This document shows, in pieces, positions 18,959-29,310 of a stretch of 64,000 bases of DNA. Each line of letters begins with the position of its first letter. Position 1 is the first letter of the stretch. A program made the position numbers and the translations under genes. Under the pieces are notes generated by a model. It was not told where the DNA came from. It did no database searches and saw only the letters and a program-made list of their open reading frames with translations. The stretch is from assembly GCA_050012855.1 (NCBI GenBank), contig JBEKGJ010000019.1, positions 837-64,836 of the forward strand. The letters are read 5' to 3'. Origin of the DNA: Verrucomicrobiota bacterium. GTDB taxonomy: Bacteria; Verrucomicrobiota; Verrucomicrobiia; Limisphaerales; J093.

Positions 18959-21052
18959 ATGGGAACGATGGTCAACATCCTCGGCTTGATCCCCGGATTG
19001 CCGTTGCTGGCGGCGGGCGTGAGCGCGCTGGCTCCGCGGCGCTGCCGGCGGCTCTCGGCTGGGCTTGCCATCGGGGCAATGGCACTCGCCTTCCTGCTCT
19101 CGCTGGCCGCCTTCGCGGAAACGCTGCAGCGTCACGGCGAGCAAGCGCGGCAGGTGTTCAACTTCCCGTGGTTCCAGTTCGGTGACGCCTGGCTTCAACT
19201 CGGCTGGGTGCTTGATCCTCTCGCGGCCGTGATGCTCGTGATGGTCACGTTCGTCGGCCTGGTGATCTTCATTTACAGCGTCGGTTACATGGCGCAGGAC
19301 GCGAACTTCACGCGCTTCTTCACGTTCCTGTCGTTGTTCGCCGGCGCCATGCTCGGCGTGGTCATTGCCAACAGCCTGCTGTTGCTCTTCATCTGCTGGG
19401 AACTGGTCGGCCTCACCTCCTACCTGCTCATCGGCTTCTGGTTCCACAAGCCCAGCGCGGCGGCGGCGGCGAAAAAGGCCTTCGTCACCACGCGCGTCGG
19501 TGACATCGCGCTCTTGCTGGGAATGGTCTGGCTCTACGCGAAGACGGGGACGCTGTTGTTCTACGATCACGGCCAGGGCTGCCTGGAGGCACCCGTCCTG
19601 GCGAAAGCGTTTCCGATCGATGAATTCGGCGACCTCCCGCTGCTGGGGATCGCCCTCCTCATTTTCGTGGGCGCGATGGGCAAATCGGGCCAGGTGCCGC
19701 TGCATGTCTGGCTGCCCGACGCGATGGAGGGCCCAACCCCGGTGAGTGCGCTGATCCACGCGGCGACCATGGTGGCGGCGGGCGTGTTCCTGGTGGCGCG
19801 GGTGTTCGCCTTGATGAAACCGAATTGGGCGGCCTTCGTCGGTCCCCACGCGTGGGTCAGCCTGCCTCCCCCGGATGCGACGCTGGTGATCACGTGGGTC
19901 GGCGCCATCACGGCCGTGTTCGCCGCGCTGATTGCCGTGGCCCAGACCGACATCAAGCGCATCCTCGCCTACTCGACCGTCTCGCAACTCGGTTACATGA
20001 TGCTGGGCCTGGGTGTCGGCGGCGTGGCGGTCGGCATGTTCCATCTCATCACCCACGCGTTTTTCAAGGCGCTGCTGTTCCTCGGCGCAGGCTCGGTCAT
20101 CCACGGCGTCCACGAGGAGCAGGACATCCGGCGCATGGGCGGGCTGCGTCGGTTCATGCCGGTGACCTTCGCCACCTACGCCATCGGCATGCTGGCGCTC
20201 GCCGGCTTTCCCCTGCTCTTCTCGGGTTTCTGGAGCAAGGACGAGATTCTCCATGCCGCGCACAGTTGGCCGGTGTCGCGCTGGCCCTTCTACCTCGGGC
20301 TGTTCGGGGCGCTGCTGACCGCCTTTTACATGACGCGCCAGGTATGTTGCGTGTTCTTCGGAAATCAGCGGGCGCCGGTGGCGGAAGCGGAGACCGTGCA
20401 GGCGGACAAGGCGCAGGCGCCGCACGAAAGTCCGAAAGTGATGACCGTGCCGCTCCTGCTGCTGGCGGCGGGCGCGATTCTACTCGGGTTTGTGGGCACG
20501 CCGGCGTGGCCGTGGTTCCAGAGTTTTCTCGAAGGCGAAAGTCCCGCACTCGATTGGGGCCGCCTGGTGGCCGGCGGGACCCTCGGCCTGATGGTGGTTT
20601 CCTCCCTGGTTGTTTTCACGGGCCTGGGCCTGGGCTGGTGGCTCTATGGCCGCCGACCGAGGCGGAGCGCCACGGATGCGGATGCGCTCGAGCGCCTGAT
20701 GCCGGAGGTGTTCGGGGTGTTGCGGGGCAAGTTCTTCGTGGACGAACTTTATGAAGCGACGGTCATCCGCTGGCATGCCGCCTGGGCGCAGTGCTGCGAC
20801 CTGCTCGACCGCTGGGTCTGGGGCGGCCTGGTGCTCGGGGCGCAATTCGGCACCCTTGGGCTGTCCTGGCTGAGCAAGCTCTGCGATGACTGGGTGGTAA
20901 ACCTGGGTTTTGACCGGAGTTGCGATGGAATCCAGCGGAGCGCCAGGTTCACGTGCGCGCTCCAGGACGGCCAGGTGCATAACTATCTGCGGGCGCTGGC
21001 GCTGGCCTTCGCTGTTCTCGTGCTGTTGCTGACCTGGGCATGTGCGGGATGA
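18959..21052 (+). CDS. nuoL: NADH-quinone oxidoreductase subunit L (697 aa, long form)
   Basis: LLFICWELVGLTSYLLIGFWF, SALIHAATMVAAGVFLVAR, and a C-terminal FFVDELY...LQDGQVHNYL lateral-helix segment that looks extended. Confidence 0.9.
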   Translation: MGTMVNILGLIPGLPLLAAGVSALAPRRCRRLSAGLAIGAMALAFLLSLAAFAETLQRHGEQARQVFNFPWFQFGDAWLQLGWVLDPLAAVMLVMVTFVGLVIFIYSVGYMAQDANFTRFFTFLSLFAGAMLGVVIANSLLLLFICWELVGLTSYLLIGFWFHKPSAAAAAKKAFVTTRVGDIALLLGMVWLYAKTGTLLFYDHGQGCLEAPVLAKAFPIDEFGDLPLLGIALLIFVGAMGKSGQVPLHVWLPDAMEGPTPVSALIHAATMVAAGVFLVARVFALMKPNWAAFVGPHAWVSLPPPDATLVITWVGAITAVFAALIAVAQTDIKRILAYSTVSQLGYMMLGLGVGGVAVGMFHLITHAFFKALLFLGAGSVIHGVHEEQDIRRMGGLRRFMPVTFATYAIGMLALAGFPLLFSGFWSKDEILHAAHSWPVSRWPFYLGLFGALLTAFYMTRQVCCVFFGNQRAPVAEAETVQADKAQAPHESPKVMTVPLLLLAAGAILLGFVGTPAWPWFQSFLEGESPALDWGRLVAGGTLGLMVVSSLVVFTGLGLGWWLYGRRPRRSATDADALERLMPEVFGVLRGKFFVDELYEATVIRWHAAWAQCCDLLDRWVWGGLVLGAQFGTLGLSWLSKLCDDWVVNLGFDRSCDGIQRSARFTCALQDGQVHNYLRALALAFAVLVLLLTWACAG

Positions 21053-22605
21053 GCAACCTCCCGTTCATCACGTTGCTGACCCTGCTGCCGCTCGTCGGCG
21101 GCGGGGTGCTGATCGCTTTCGGCCGGGTGCAGGCCGCGCAGGCCCGCCGGCTGGCGCTCGGCGTGAGCGCGGGGGCGCTGGCACTGGTACTCGCCATGAT
21201 GATCATGTTCGAGCCGGGTTCCGGCGTACTCCAGTTCGTTCAGCGACTCGACTGGGTGCCGGCTCTAGGGGTTCAGTATTTCGTCGGCGCGGATGGCCTG
21301 GGCCTGCTGATGCTGCTGTTGACGGCGCTGGTGGTTCCCATGGCGGTGCTGGCGTCCAACCGGATCACGGAACGGGCGCACCTCTATTTCGCGCTGGTGT
21401 TGTTCCTTGAGGCCGGGTTGTTCGGCACGTTCACCGCGCAAAACTTTTTCCACTGGTTTCTGTTCTGGGAGCTGAGCCTGGTGCCCGCGTTCTTTCTCAT
21501 CAAGCTGTGGGGCGGACCGGAGCGCGGCCCCGCCGCCACCCAGTTCTTCATCTACACGATGGTCGGCAGCGTGGCCATGCTGCTGAGTTTCCTGGCCATC
21601 TTCCTGGCCACCGGCCAGTTTAACTTTCCCGAACTGGCGGAACTCAGCCGGCAGGGGCGATTGGGCGCCAGCCTGGCGAGCAAACTGACCTGGGCGGGGC
21701 TCTCGCCCGAAACGGTGCGGTTCCTGGTTTTCGGCGGCGTTTTCCTTGGGCTGGCCGTCAAGGTGCCGGTCATGCCGTTCCACACCTGGCTGCCCACCGC
21801 TTACGCCGAGGCGCCGACGCCGGTAACCATGCTGCTCACCGGCGTCATGTCGAAGATGGGCGTGTACGGTTTCCTGCGCATCCTGGTGCCGCTGTTCCCG
21901 GCGGAACTGCGGGCACTGATGACACCGCTGCTGGTGCTGGCGGTGCTCACCATCGTCGCCGGGGCCGCGGCGGCGTTCGCCCAACGCGATCTCAAGCGGA
22001 TGCTCGCCTACTCCTCGATCAATCACCTTGGCTACTGCTTGTTGGGCATTTTTGCGGTGGTGAAGTTCACGGCCAACACCCCCGCGCTGGTGACGGAGAA
22101 GGCCGCGGTGCTCAACGGCGTGTTGCTGCAGATGTTCAACCACGGGCTGACGGCGGCCACCCTCTTCGGCTTCGTCGGCCTGCTCGAACAGCGCAGCGGC
22201 GGCCGGCGCGGGTTGGATGATTTCGGCGGGCTGCGCATGGTTGCCCCGGTCTTCGCCGGCCTGATGGGCATCGCAGTGTTCGCCTCGCTGGGGTTGCCGG
22301 GGCTGAACGGATTCGTTGGCGAATTCCTGATTTTCAAGGGCGCTTTTCCGCTGGCGACATGGGCCACGGCCGTGGCGGCACTGGGACTTCTGATCACGGC
22401 CGTGTTCCTGCTGACCCTGCTCCAGCGCGTGTTCCAGGGACCGCTGAATCCGCAATGGGCGCAATTCCCCGACCTCTCGACCCGCGAGCGCTGGCTCTTC
22501 GGCCCGGCGGTGGCACTGATGTTCGTGGTCGGGGTGGGTCCGCAAATCCTGATCCGCCTGTTCAATGCCACCGCGCTGCACTGGGTGACCCGCCTGCTCT
22601 CCTGA
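21049..22605 (+). CDS. nuoM: NADH-quinone oxidoreductase subunit M, copy 1
   Basis: FFHWFLFWELSLVPAFFLIKLWGG, PFHTWLPTAYAEAPTPVTMLLTGVMSKMG. ATG at 21049 overlaps the nuoL stop (ATGA); the track ORF starts at 21040. Confidence 0.85.
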   Translation: MSNLPFITLLTLLPLVGGGVLIAFGRVQAAQARRLALGVSAGALALVLAMMIMFEPGSGVLQFVQRLDWVPALGVQYFVGADGLGLLMLLLTALVVPMAVLASNRITERAHLYFALVLFLEAGLFGTFTAQNFFHWFLFWELSLVPAFFLIKLWGGPERGPAATQFFIYTMVGSVAMLLSFLAIFLATGQFNFPELAELSRQGRLGASLASKLTWAGLSPETVRFLVFGGVFLGLAVKVPVMPFHTWLPTAYAEAPTPVTMLLTGVMSKMGVYGFLRILVPLFPAELRALMTPLLVLAVLTIVAGAAAAFAQRDLKRMLAYSSINHLGYCLLGIFAVVKFTANTPALVTEKAAVLNGVLLQMFNHGLTAATLFGFVGLLEQRSGGRRGLDDFGGLRMVAPVFAGLMGIAVFASLGLPGLNGFVGEFLIFKGAFPLATWATAVAALGLLITAVFLLTLLQRVFQGPLNPQWAQFPDLSTRERWLFGPAVALMFVVGVGPQILIRLFNATALHWVTRLLS

Positions 22606-22607
22606 CC

Positions 22608-24104
22608 ATGCTCGCTTGGACCATTTACCTCTCGTTCCTGGGCGCTGGGCTGCTGACGCTGCTGCCGCGGAACCGCGCGGCGGCGGCGCGCTGGCTGGCC
22701 TTGCTGACGGCGCTGGCCGGCCTCGCGGCGGCGGTGGCCGGCACGGTTCAATTCCCAGGGGGCGCGGGGGCAACCACCTTGATCAAGACCCGCTGGATTC
22801 CGCCGCTGCACATCCAGTATTTCCTCGCCGCTGACGGCATCAGCGTGACGCTGGTGCTGCTCACGGGCATCGCGGCGGTCGCCGGCATTCTCTTTTCCTG
22901 GAACATCGAGCATCGGGCCAAGGAGTTTTTCGCCTTCTACCTCGCGCTCATCGGCGGCGTCTATGGCGTGTTCCTGAGCTTCGATCTGTTCCTGCTGTTT
23001 GTGTTTTACGAAATCGCCATTATTCCCAAGTATTTTATCATCGCCATCTGGGGTTCGACCCGCCGCGAATACGGGGCGATGAAGCTGGCGCTGTATTCCT
23101 TTGTCGGCAGCGCCATGGTGCTGGTGGGCATGATCGCCGCCTATGTAGTCGCCGGCCACTTGACCGGCCGGTACACGTTCGATCTGACGGCGCTGGCGCA
23201 GGTGCATTTCCCGGCGGGTTTCCAGCGCTGGGCGTTTCCGCTGGTGTTTGTCGGGTTCGGCATTCTCGCGGGTCTGTGGCCGTTCCACACTTGGGCGCCC
23301 ACCGGTCATGTGGCGGCGCCGACGGCCGCTTCGATGCTGCTCGCCGGCGTGGTGATGAAACTCGGCGCCTACGGCTGTCTGCGCGTGGCGATGACGCTGT
23401 TTCCGGCCGGCGTGATGATGTGGCGGACGGAGATCGCGGCGCTGGCGGTCATCGGGATCGTTTATGGCGCGATGGTCGCCTTGGTGCAGCGGGACTTCAA
23501 GTTCGTGATTGGCTACTCGAGCGTCAGTCACATGGGCTTCGTACTGCTCGGCCTGATGACGCTCAACCAGATCGGGTTGGACGGCGCGGTGCTGCAGATG
23601 TTTTCCCACGGCATCCTCGCGGGACTGTTGTTCGCCGTGGTGGGCCGCATGGTGTATGACCGCACGCATACTCGGGATCTGGGCGAACTGGAAACGATGG
23701 GCCTGAGCCACGCGCTGCCGTTCGCGGCAGCCACTTTCGTCCTCGCCGCCCTGGCCTCGATGGGCCTGCCCGGGTTCAGCGGTTTTGTGGCCGAGTTGCA
23801 GGTGCTGATCGGCGCCTGGTCCGCCTTCCCGACGGCCGGCGTCTGCGCGGGGATCGGCATCGTGATTGGCGTCGCCTACCTGCTGCGGGCCGTCCAGCGC
23901 GCGTTCTTCGCGGAAGGCGCGGAGAAACCCGGGAAGGCCGCGGCGCCTGAGCTGCCGCCCATTTCGTGGCCGGAACGGCTGGGGGCCGGGCTGCTCCTGC
24001 TGGCTTCGCTGGTGGTCGGCTTGTATCCGCAGGTGTTACTCAACCTGATTGCGCCCAGCGTGACGTCCCTGCTCGAGACCATGCGGAAAGGAGGCGCGCT
24101 GTGA
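22608..24104 (+). CDS. nuoM: NADH-quinone oxidoreductase subunit M, copy 2
   Basis: ATG at 22608 inside track ORF 22359-24104. LFVFYEIAIIPKYFIIAIWGSTRREYGAMKLALYSFVGSAMVL, PFHTWAPTGHVAAPTAASMLLAGVMKLG. Confidence 0.85.
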   Translation: MLAWTIYLSFLGAGLLTLLPRNRAAAARWLALLTALAGLAAAVAGTVQFPGGAGATTLIKTRWIPPLHIQYFLAADGISVTLVLLTGIAAVAGILFSWNIEHRAKEFFAFYLALIGGVYGVFLSFDLFLLFVFYEIAIIPKYFIIAIWGSTRREYGAMKLALYSFVGSAMVLVGMIAAYVVAGHLTGRYTFDLTALAQVHFPAGFQRWAFPLVFVGFGILAGLWPFHTWAPTGHVAAPTAASMLLAGVVMKLGAYGCLRVAMTLFPAGVMMWRTEIAALAVIGIVYGAMVALVQRDFKFVIGYSSVSHMGFVLLGLMTLNQIGLDGAVLQMFSHGILAGLLFAVVGRMVYDRTHTRDLGELETMGLSHALPFAAATFVLAALASMGLPGFSGFVAELQVLIGAWSAFPTAGVCAGIGIVIGVAYLLRAVQRAFFAEGAEKPGKAAAPELPPISWPERLGAGLLLLASLVVGLYPQVLLNLIAPSVTSLLETMRKGGAL

Positions 24105-25609
24105 GCGGCTTCGATTATCTCGACCTGCTGAGCCTGCTGGCGCCGGAGACGATTCTGGTCGTGGCCTCCCTGGCGGTGCTGGTGGTGGATCTCGGCTTCA
24201 TGCGGGCCCAACCCCTGCCCGCGCGGTGGCTCGCCGGCGGCGTGGTCACCGGCCTCGGCGGCCTGCTCGCAATCCTCTGGCTCGTGAACGTGCAGGTGCA
24301 GGCCAACGTCGCCGAAGGCATCCTCGTCGTGGACGCGTTGACGCAACTGGTCAAGACGGTGCTGGTGGCCATGCTGCTGTTCACCGCAGCGATCTCCCTG
24401 CGCGCGACCTTCACCGAGCAGGTCGGCGAGTATTTCTGCCTCCTGACGCTGGCCACGGTCGGTATGATGTTCATGGTCAGTTCCGAGGATGTGCTGATGA
24501 TTTTCGTCGCCCTCGAACTGACCAGTCTCTCGCTCTACATCCTGACGGCCTTCAACCAGCAGAACCGGGCGCCGGCGGAGGCGGGATTGAAATACTTTCT
24601 CTTCGGCGGCATGGCGGCGGCCTTCACCCTGTTCGGTCTGAGTCTGGTTTACGGCCTTACCGAGGCAACCAATCTGCGCGACATCGCCGCGCAACTCCAC
24701 GGCAAAACCCTCGACCCGCTGTTCACCGTGGCGCTGGTCATGGTGGTGATGGGTTTCGGTTTCAAAATCGCGGCCGTGCCGTTCCATCTCTGGGCGCCGG
24801 ATGCCTACCAGGGCGCACCGACACCGTCCGCCGCGCTGATTGCCTCCGGGTCCAAAGTGGCGAGCTTCTTCGTGTTCGCCAAGGTCATGGCGTTGGGCTT
24901 CGCGGGGGCGGAAGGCAGCGGCGCCGGGCGTCAGTTCGCACCCGGCTGGGTGCCCGTGCTGGCCACCCTCTCGGTCGCTTCGATGCTGCTGGGCAACCTC
25001 GCCGCCATCGCGCAAACCAGTGTGAAACGCCTGCTCGCCTACTCGGCCATCGCCCACGCGGGCTACATGCTCCTTGGTCTGCTGGCCATGAGTGACCCGG
25101 CGCGGCGCGCCGACGGCATGGCGGCCCTCGTTTATTACGCAACCACCTACGGCTTGACCACGATCGGCGCCTTCGGAGTGGTCGGGGTGGTCGAGCGCAA
25201 CGGCGGCGAAACCCTCGAACACTTTGCGGGGCTGAGCCGCCGATCGCCGCTGGCGGCCGTCTGCCTGATGGTGTTCCTGCTGTCTCTGGCCGGCATTCCG
25301 CCGCTCGCGGGATTCTTCGGCAAATTCTATCTGTTTACGGCTGCGGCCGGGGCGGGAGCCGGGAGCCTCGGCTTGATCTGGCTGGTGATTCTCGCCATCG
25401 CCATGAGCGCCGTGTCCCTTTATTACTACCTGCAGGTTCTGAAGCGGGCCTTCGTGGCACCGCTTCCCGAGGGGGTGCCGCCGTTCGCGGCTTCGCCCAT
25501 CGAGAGCCTGGCCTTGGGCGCCCTGGCGTTGGCCGTGATCGTGCTCGGCGCGCTGCCGATGCTGCTGCTTGGCGCGTTGGTCGAGGCCGTCAAGACTGTC
25601 GGATTCTGA
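24101..25609 (+). CDS. nuoN: NADH-quinone oxidoreductase subunit N
   Basis: GTG at 24101 overlapping the nuoM2 stop (GTGA). MIFVALELTSLSLYILTAF, PFHLWAPDAYQGAPTPSAALIASGSK. Confidence 0.85.
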   Translation: MSGFDYLDLLSLLAPETILVVASLAVLVVDLGFMRAQPLPARWLAGGVVTGLGGLLAILWLVNVQVQANVAEGILVVDALTQLVKTVLVAMLLFTAAISLRATFTEQVGEYFCLLTLATVGMMFMVSSEDVLMIFVALELTSLSLYILTAFNQQNRAPAEAGLKYFLFGGMAAAFTLFGLSLVYGLTEATNLRDIAAQLHGKTLDPLFTVALVMVVMGFGFKIAAVPFHLWAPDAYQGAPTPSAALIASGSKVASFFVFAKVMALGFAGAEGSGAGRQFAPGWVPVLATLSVASMLLGNLAAIAQTSVKRLLAYSAIAHAGYMLLGLLAMSDPARRADGMAALVYYATTYGLTTIGAFGVVGVVERNGGETLEHFAGLSRRSPLAAVCLMVFLLSLAGIPPLAGFFGKFYLFTAAAGAGAGSLGLIWLVILAIAMSAVSLYYYLQVLKRAFVAPLPEGVPPFAASPIESLALGALALAVIVLGALPMLLLGALVEAVKTVGF

Positions 25610-25666
25610 TCCGCGCCACCCGTCTCTCGGCGCCGCCATCGCCAAGTTACCGGCCGGCGCAGGCAA

Positions 25667-26989
25667 TCAAGTCCCGCCTGAACCCGACGCCACGTCCACG
25701 GCCGGCAGTTTCGCGGCGTCCCGGTCTAGTTTGAGCACCACCACGGTGTCGCTCGGATCGCGGGCGCCGGGCGCGACCGAAAGTTCGATCCCGCCGGAGG
25801 TCTGGCGCACCGCGGCCCGGCCGCCGGATAAGACGCGACCGTTGATGATTCGAGCGGGAATGGCCGGCAGCCGAAGCGGTCCTTCGGGCCAGTTCAGCAC
25901 ATGCACGTAAATGGTCCGGCCCCGGAGGGTCGAGGCTCCAAAAGCGGCCGGCTTGAACGGGCCGCCGCGCGTGCCGTAGATGCTGGCGTGGTGGCGCCGG
26001 ACCCAGGTGCCGACCGCGCGCAGCACGTCCGCCTGGCGCGGCTCGATCCGCCCGTCGGGCATCGGGCCAACATCAAGCAGCAGGTTGCCATCGCCGCCCA
26101 CCGTCCGCGCCAGGATGCCGATCACCTCCCGCGGCGTTTTGATCGTGTCGTCCGGCTTCCATGACCACTGGGTTCCCAGCGTCATGCAGGTTTCCCAGGG
26201 CCGCTCATCGTCATAGCGGCCAATGCGCTGTTCCGGGGTGTAGTAGTCGGCGTGGGGGCTGAGAATCTGGTTGTCGTTGTTGCCCACGCCCAGGTCGAGG
26301 CGGTTGTTGATGACGATGCGCGGCTGCAGCGCTCGGGTGAGGGCATACGTCGTCGCCTGGTCGTAAACCGGCTCGTGGCCGTCCCAGTCAAACCACATCA
26401 GATCAATGCGACCGTAGTGACTCAGGACTTCGCGCAACTCCCCTTGGATCCGGCCGAGGAAGGCGGCGTTGCGCTCCGTGCGAAAGTCCGGATCGCGCCA
26501 GTCCATCGGGGAAAAATACCAGCCCAGCCGCAAGCCGCTGCGGTGCGCGGCGGTCGCCAGTTCCGCGCAGACATCGCGACGGAACGGGGTGGCGGCGATG
26601 TTGTACGGATCAACCTGCGAATGCCAGAGCAGGAAGCCGTCGCAATGCTTGGCCGTCAGGACGACGTATTTCATGCCGGCGGCCTGGGCCAAGGCGGTCC
26701 ACTTGCCCGCGTTGAAATTCGTCGGGTTGAACTGGCGGTAGAGCTGGTCGTAAACCGCCACTGGCGTGGGGCCGTTGTTCGGGCACTTGGGATTCGAGTT
26801 GGCGCGGGACCAACTGATTTCCTGCCCGGTCAGGCTCACCGGCCCCCAGTGAACGAACAGGCCGAAGCGCCCGTCGCGCCACCACGCCAGACGCGCCTCG
26901 TGCTGCGCCGGGGTTTCCGGCGGTTGCGCCAGCGCCGTCACCGAGAGCAGACCGGCCAACAAAAGACGGAGGCTATTCATGGTTCGCAC
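25667..26989 (-). CDS. alpha-L-fucosidase (GH29, 440 aa, secreted)
   Basis: Signal peptide. RFGLFVHWGPVS, AGMKYVVLTAKHCDGFLLWHS, GLRLGWYFSPMDW. Convergent with nuoN. Confidence 0.85.
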   Translation of the reverse strand: MRTMNSLRLLLAGLLSVTALAQPPETPAQHEARLAWWRDGRFGLFVHWGPVSLTGQEISWSRANSNPKCPNNGPTPVAVYDQLYRQFNPTNFNAGKWTALAQAAGMKYVVLTAKHCDGFLLWHSQVDPYNIAATPFRRDVCAELATAAHRSGLRLGWYFSPMDWRDPDFRTERNAAFLGRIQGELREVLSHYGRIDLMWFDWDGHEPVYDQATTYALTRALQPRIVINNRLDLGVGNNDNQILSPHADYYTPEQRIGRYDDERPWETCMTLGTQWSWKPDDTIKTPREVIGILARTVGGDGNLLLDVGPMPDGRIEPRQADVLRAVGTWVRRHHASIYGTRGGPFKPAAFGASTLRGRTIYVHVLNWPEGPLRLPAIPARIINGRVLSGGRAAVRQTSGGIELSVAPGARDPSDTVVVLKLDRDAAKLPAVDVASGSGGT

Positions 26990-27430
26990 CTTGAGACCGC
27001 TGGATGGATGGAGTTCACGCCACGATCAACTGCTTGATGCCGCTCACTCAGGCCCCGCGGACGGCCAGGCCGCGGTTCCGCGCACGCTCGTTCACGGCGG
27101 ACGCTAAACCTCCGGGTGCTCCCATTTCCACGAGAATCGGAGAAGCGGAGAAGCTGTCGGGGCGGGAAAGCGACCGCCGAACACCGCCCGCAATGGCTTC
27201 AAATCTTCGGCCGGCGTGCCGAGCAAGCCGTTCAGCGGCAGGTTGGCCGCCGGGAGGACGGGCGAATGGGGGCGAGGCTTGGAGACGGGGATTGAACACG
27301 AGTGCTGAATACCGGGTCTGTTCTTCAGGTCTATTTTTCAGATGACAAGGAGGGCGGGCGGGCGGAGAGTGCCGTCCGCCGCTCCAGGCGAACGCCTGGA
27401 TGACAGGCAGAGGATTGGAGAAAGAAATCC

Positions 27431-28456
27431 GTGAAACGAAACCATCGGTTGGACTTTAACGCGCACGTATTTGACGCCATTACCGGCTTGCTCTTCGGAT
27501 GGGCCGTGGTGAGTGCGGGCAATACCTGTAGTGCCCAAGAACCGCCACCGCCGCCGCCCGGTCCCGCCGTGGCCGCGCCGGCCCAACCTCCTCCGCCACC
27601 ACCGCCGGGAACGCCCGTGGTCAATCAGGCGTATTTTCAGGCGCAACTGGCGCCTTACGGCACCTGGATGCAAGTCGGGGGCGTTTTGTGCTGGCGTCCT
27701 GACTCCGCCCTCCGGGCCAATCCCGACTGGCGTCCGTACTACGACCTGGGGCGGTGGGTTTACACGGAGAATGGTTGGTTTTGGCAGTCCGATTATGGCT
27801 GGGGCGACATCCCGTTCCACTACGGCCGTTGGTTCCGGGACCCCGTGCAGGGCTGGCTCTGGGTGCCGGATTATACATGGGGTCCGGCCTGGGTTTGCTG
27901 GCGTCAGGCGGAAGCGGACGCCTGCATTGGCTGGGCTCCTTTGCCGCCCGGCGCTGTTTTCATTGACGGGGGATGGATGTATCACGGCGCCCGCGTCGCC
28001 GTCGGTTTTGATTTTGGCCTGGGCGCAGGCGTGTTCGTGTTCATGGGCTACGATCACTTCCATGACGGGTTTTTCCGGATGCGCGGGCGGGAATATGCTT
28101 TCCACGTGCATCCGGATCGGGTGCACGCCTTCTATGGAAGGAGCGTTCTCCGAAATGAGTTTCACGCCGACGCGCATGGCCGGTTGGTCAACGAAGGACT
28201 GGGCCGCGAACGCGTCGAGCGCTTGACGAATCACAAGGTGGAAGCCGTGCACTTTGAAGAACGACATCCGGCGGTCAGGGCGGACGCCAAGCCGACGGGA
28301 GGCGCCGGTCCGGCCAAGCCTGCGGCTGGCGCGGGACCAGCCAAACCGGCCGGAGGCGCCGCCGCGCCCGCCTCAGTCAACAAGGTCTATCGTCCGCCCG
28401 TGGCAACCGCGAAACCAGCCACTCCGGCAAGAACCGCCGCGCCCCAGAAAAAGTAA
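27431..28456 (+). CDS. Trp/Pro-rich repeat protein (YxWGxW / DUF6600-like, 341 aa)
   Basis: GTG start. Poly-Pro tract, then repeated W-x-x-D/G-Y-G-W motifs (WFWQSDYGWGDIPFHYGRWF, GWLWVPDYTWGPAWVCW). Ala/Pro/Lys-rich tail. Confidence 0.6.
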   Translation: MKRNHRLDFNAHVFDAITGLLFGWAVVSAGNTCSAQEPPPPPPGPAVAAPAQPPPPPPPGTPVVNQAYFQAQLAPYGTWMQVGGVLCWRPDSALRANPDWRPYYDLGRWVYTENGWFWQSDYGWGDIPFHYGRWFRDPVQGWLWVPDYTWGPAWVCWRQAEADACIGWAPLPPGAVFIDGGWMYHGARVAVGFDFGLGAGVFVFMGYDHFHDGFFRMRGREYAFHVHPDRVHAFYGRSVLRNEFHADAHGRLVNEGLGRERVERLTNHKVEAVHFEERHPAVRADAKPTGGAGPAKPAAGAGPAKPAGGAAAPASVNKVYRPPVATAKPATPARTAAPQKK

Positions 28457-28608
28457 CCGGCCTGGGCAGGGAGATTTGCCCGGTTGAAAAACTCGGCGGG
28501 CCAGTTGGCGGGTAGTGTCCGAATTCGCCTGGCACGGTGGGGCGAGCCGTTCATGCCGTGGAGTTGAACGCCCCACCAAGCTGAGACGCTGCCAGTCAGC
28601 GGCGGAAG

Positions 28609-29310
28609 TTGACAATCGAGAATATAACAACCGAAGAAACGAGAAAAACCGTGAAATTAATCCAGCGAACTATTGAAGTAACTTTGGTGTCCGTGGCCGT
28701 GGTGTTGGCGACCGGGTGCAACACGCCTTCCGGCGCGTTTGCCGGTGGTGCGGTCGGCGGCGTCCTGGGGGGAGTGATCGGGCACGCCACCGGGAATACC
28801 CGGGCGGGCATCTTGATCGGCGCGACAACCGGCGCCATCGCCGGTGGCATCATCGGCCATTTGAACGCGCAGCAACAGGCCCGACTCCAGCAACAGTCGC
28901 CGCAAACGCTCGTCATTATCCAGCATAACGATGAGGTCCTTCGTCAACAGGCGGCCCAACCGCCGCCGCCGCCGCCGTACGCGCCGCCGCAACCGGGCCA
29001 ACCGGCGCCGCCCGTGTACACGTCGCCCCAGCCCGCTCAGCCACAGCCGACTCAGCCGCCGCCCGCTCAGCCGCAGGCAGCTCAGCCACCGCCGGACTCA
29101 GGGCAAACGCAGAATCTCAACCTCATTCCGCTCGGGGTGGAAGACATCAAGGCCCTCGCCGCGGCCGGGGTTAAGCCCGAGGTCATCATTGAAGAGATTG
29201 GCAAATCGAAATCCGTTTACAGCCAGCAGGACATTGCCGCCGTCCAACAAGCCACTCCTCCCGTTGATCCCAGCGTCATCGAGTTCATGAAGAAGACGAA
29301 GCCCAGTTAA
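28609..29310 (+). CDS. glycine-zipper lipoprotein with Pro/Gln-rich linker (up to 233 aa)
   Basis: Lipobox VVLATGC. Glycine zipper GGAVGGVLGGVIGHATGNTRAGILIGATTGAIAGGIIG. The real start may be the GTG at 28651, which would give a normal-length signal peptide. Confidence 0.6.
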   Translation: MTIENITTEETRKTVKLIQRTIEVTLVSVAVVLATGCNTPSGAFAGGAVGGVLGGVIGHATGNTRAGILIGATTGAIAGGIIGHLNAQQQARLQQQSPQTLVIIQHNDEVLRQQAAQPPPPPPYAPPQPGQPAPPVYTSPQPAQPQPTQPPPAQPQAAQPPPDSGQTQNLNLIPLGVEDIKALAAAGVKPEVIIEEIGKSKSVYSQQDIAAVQQATPPVDPSVIEFMKKTKPS

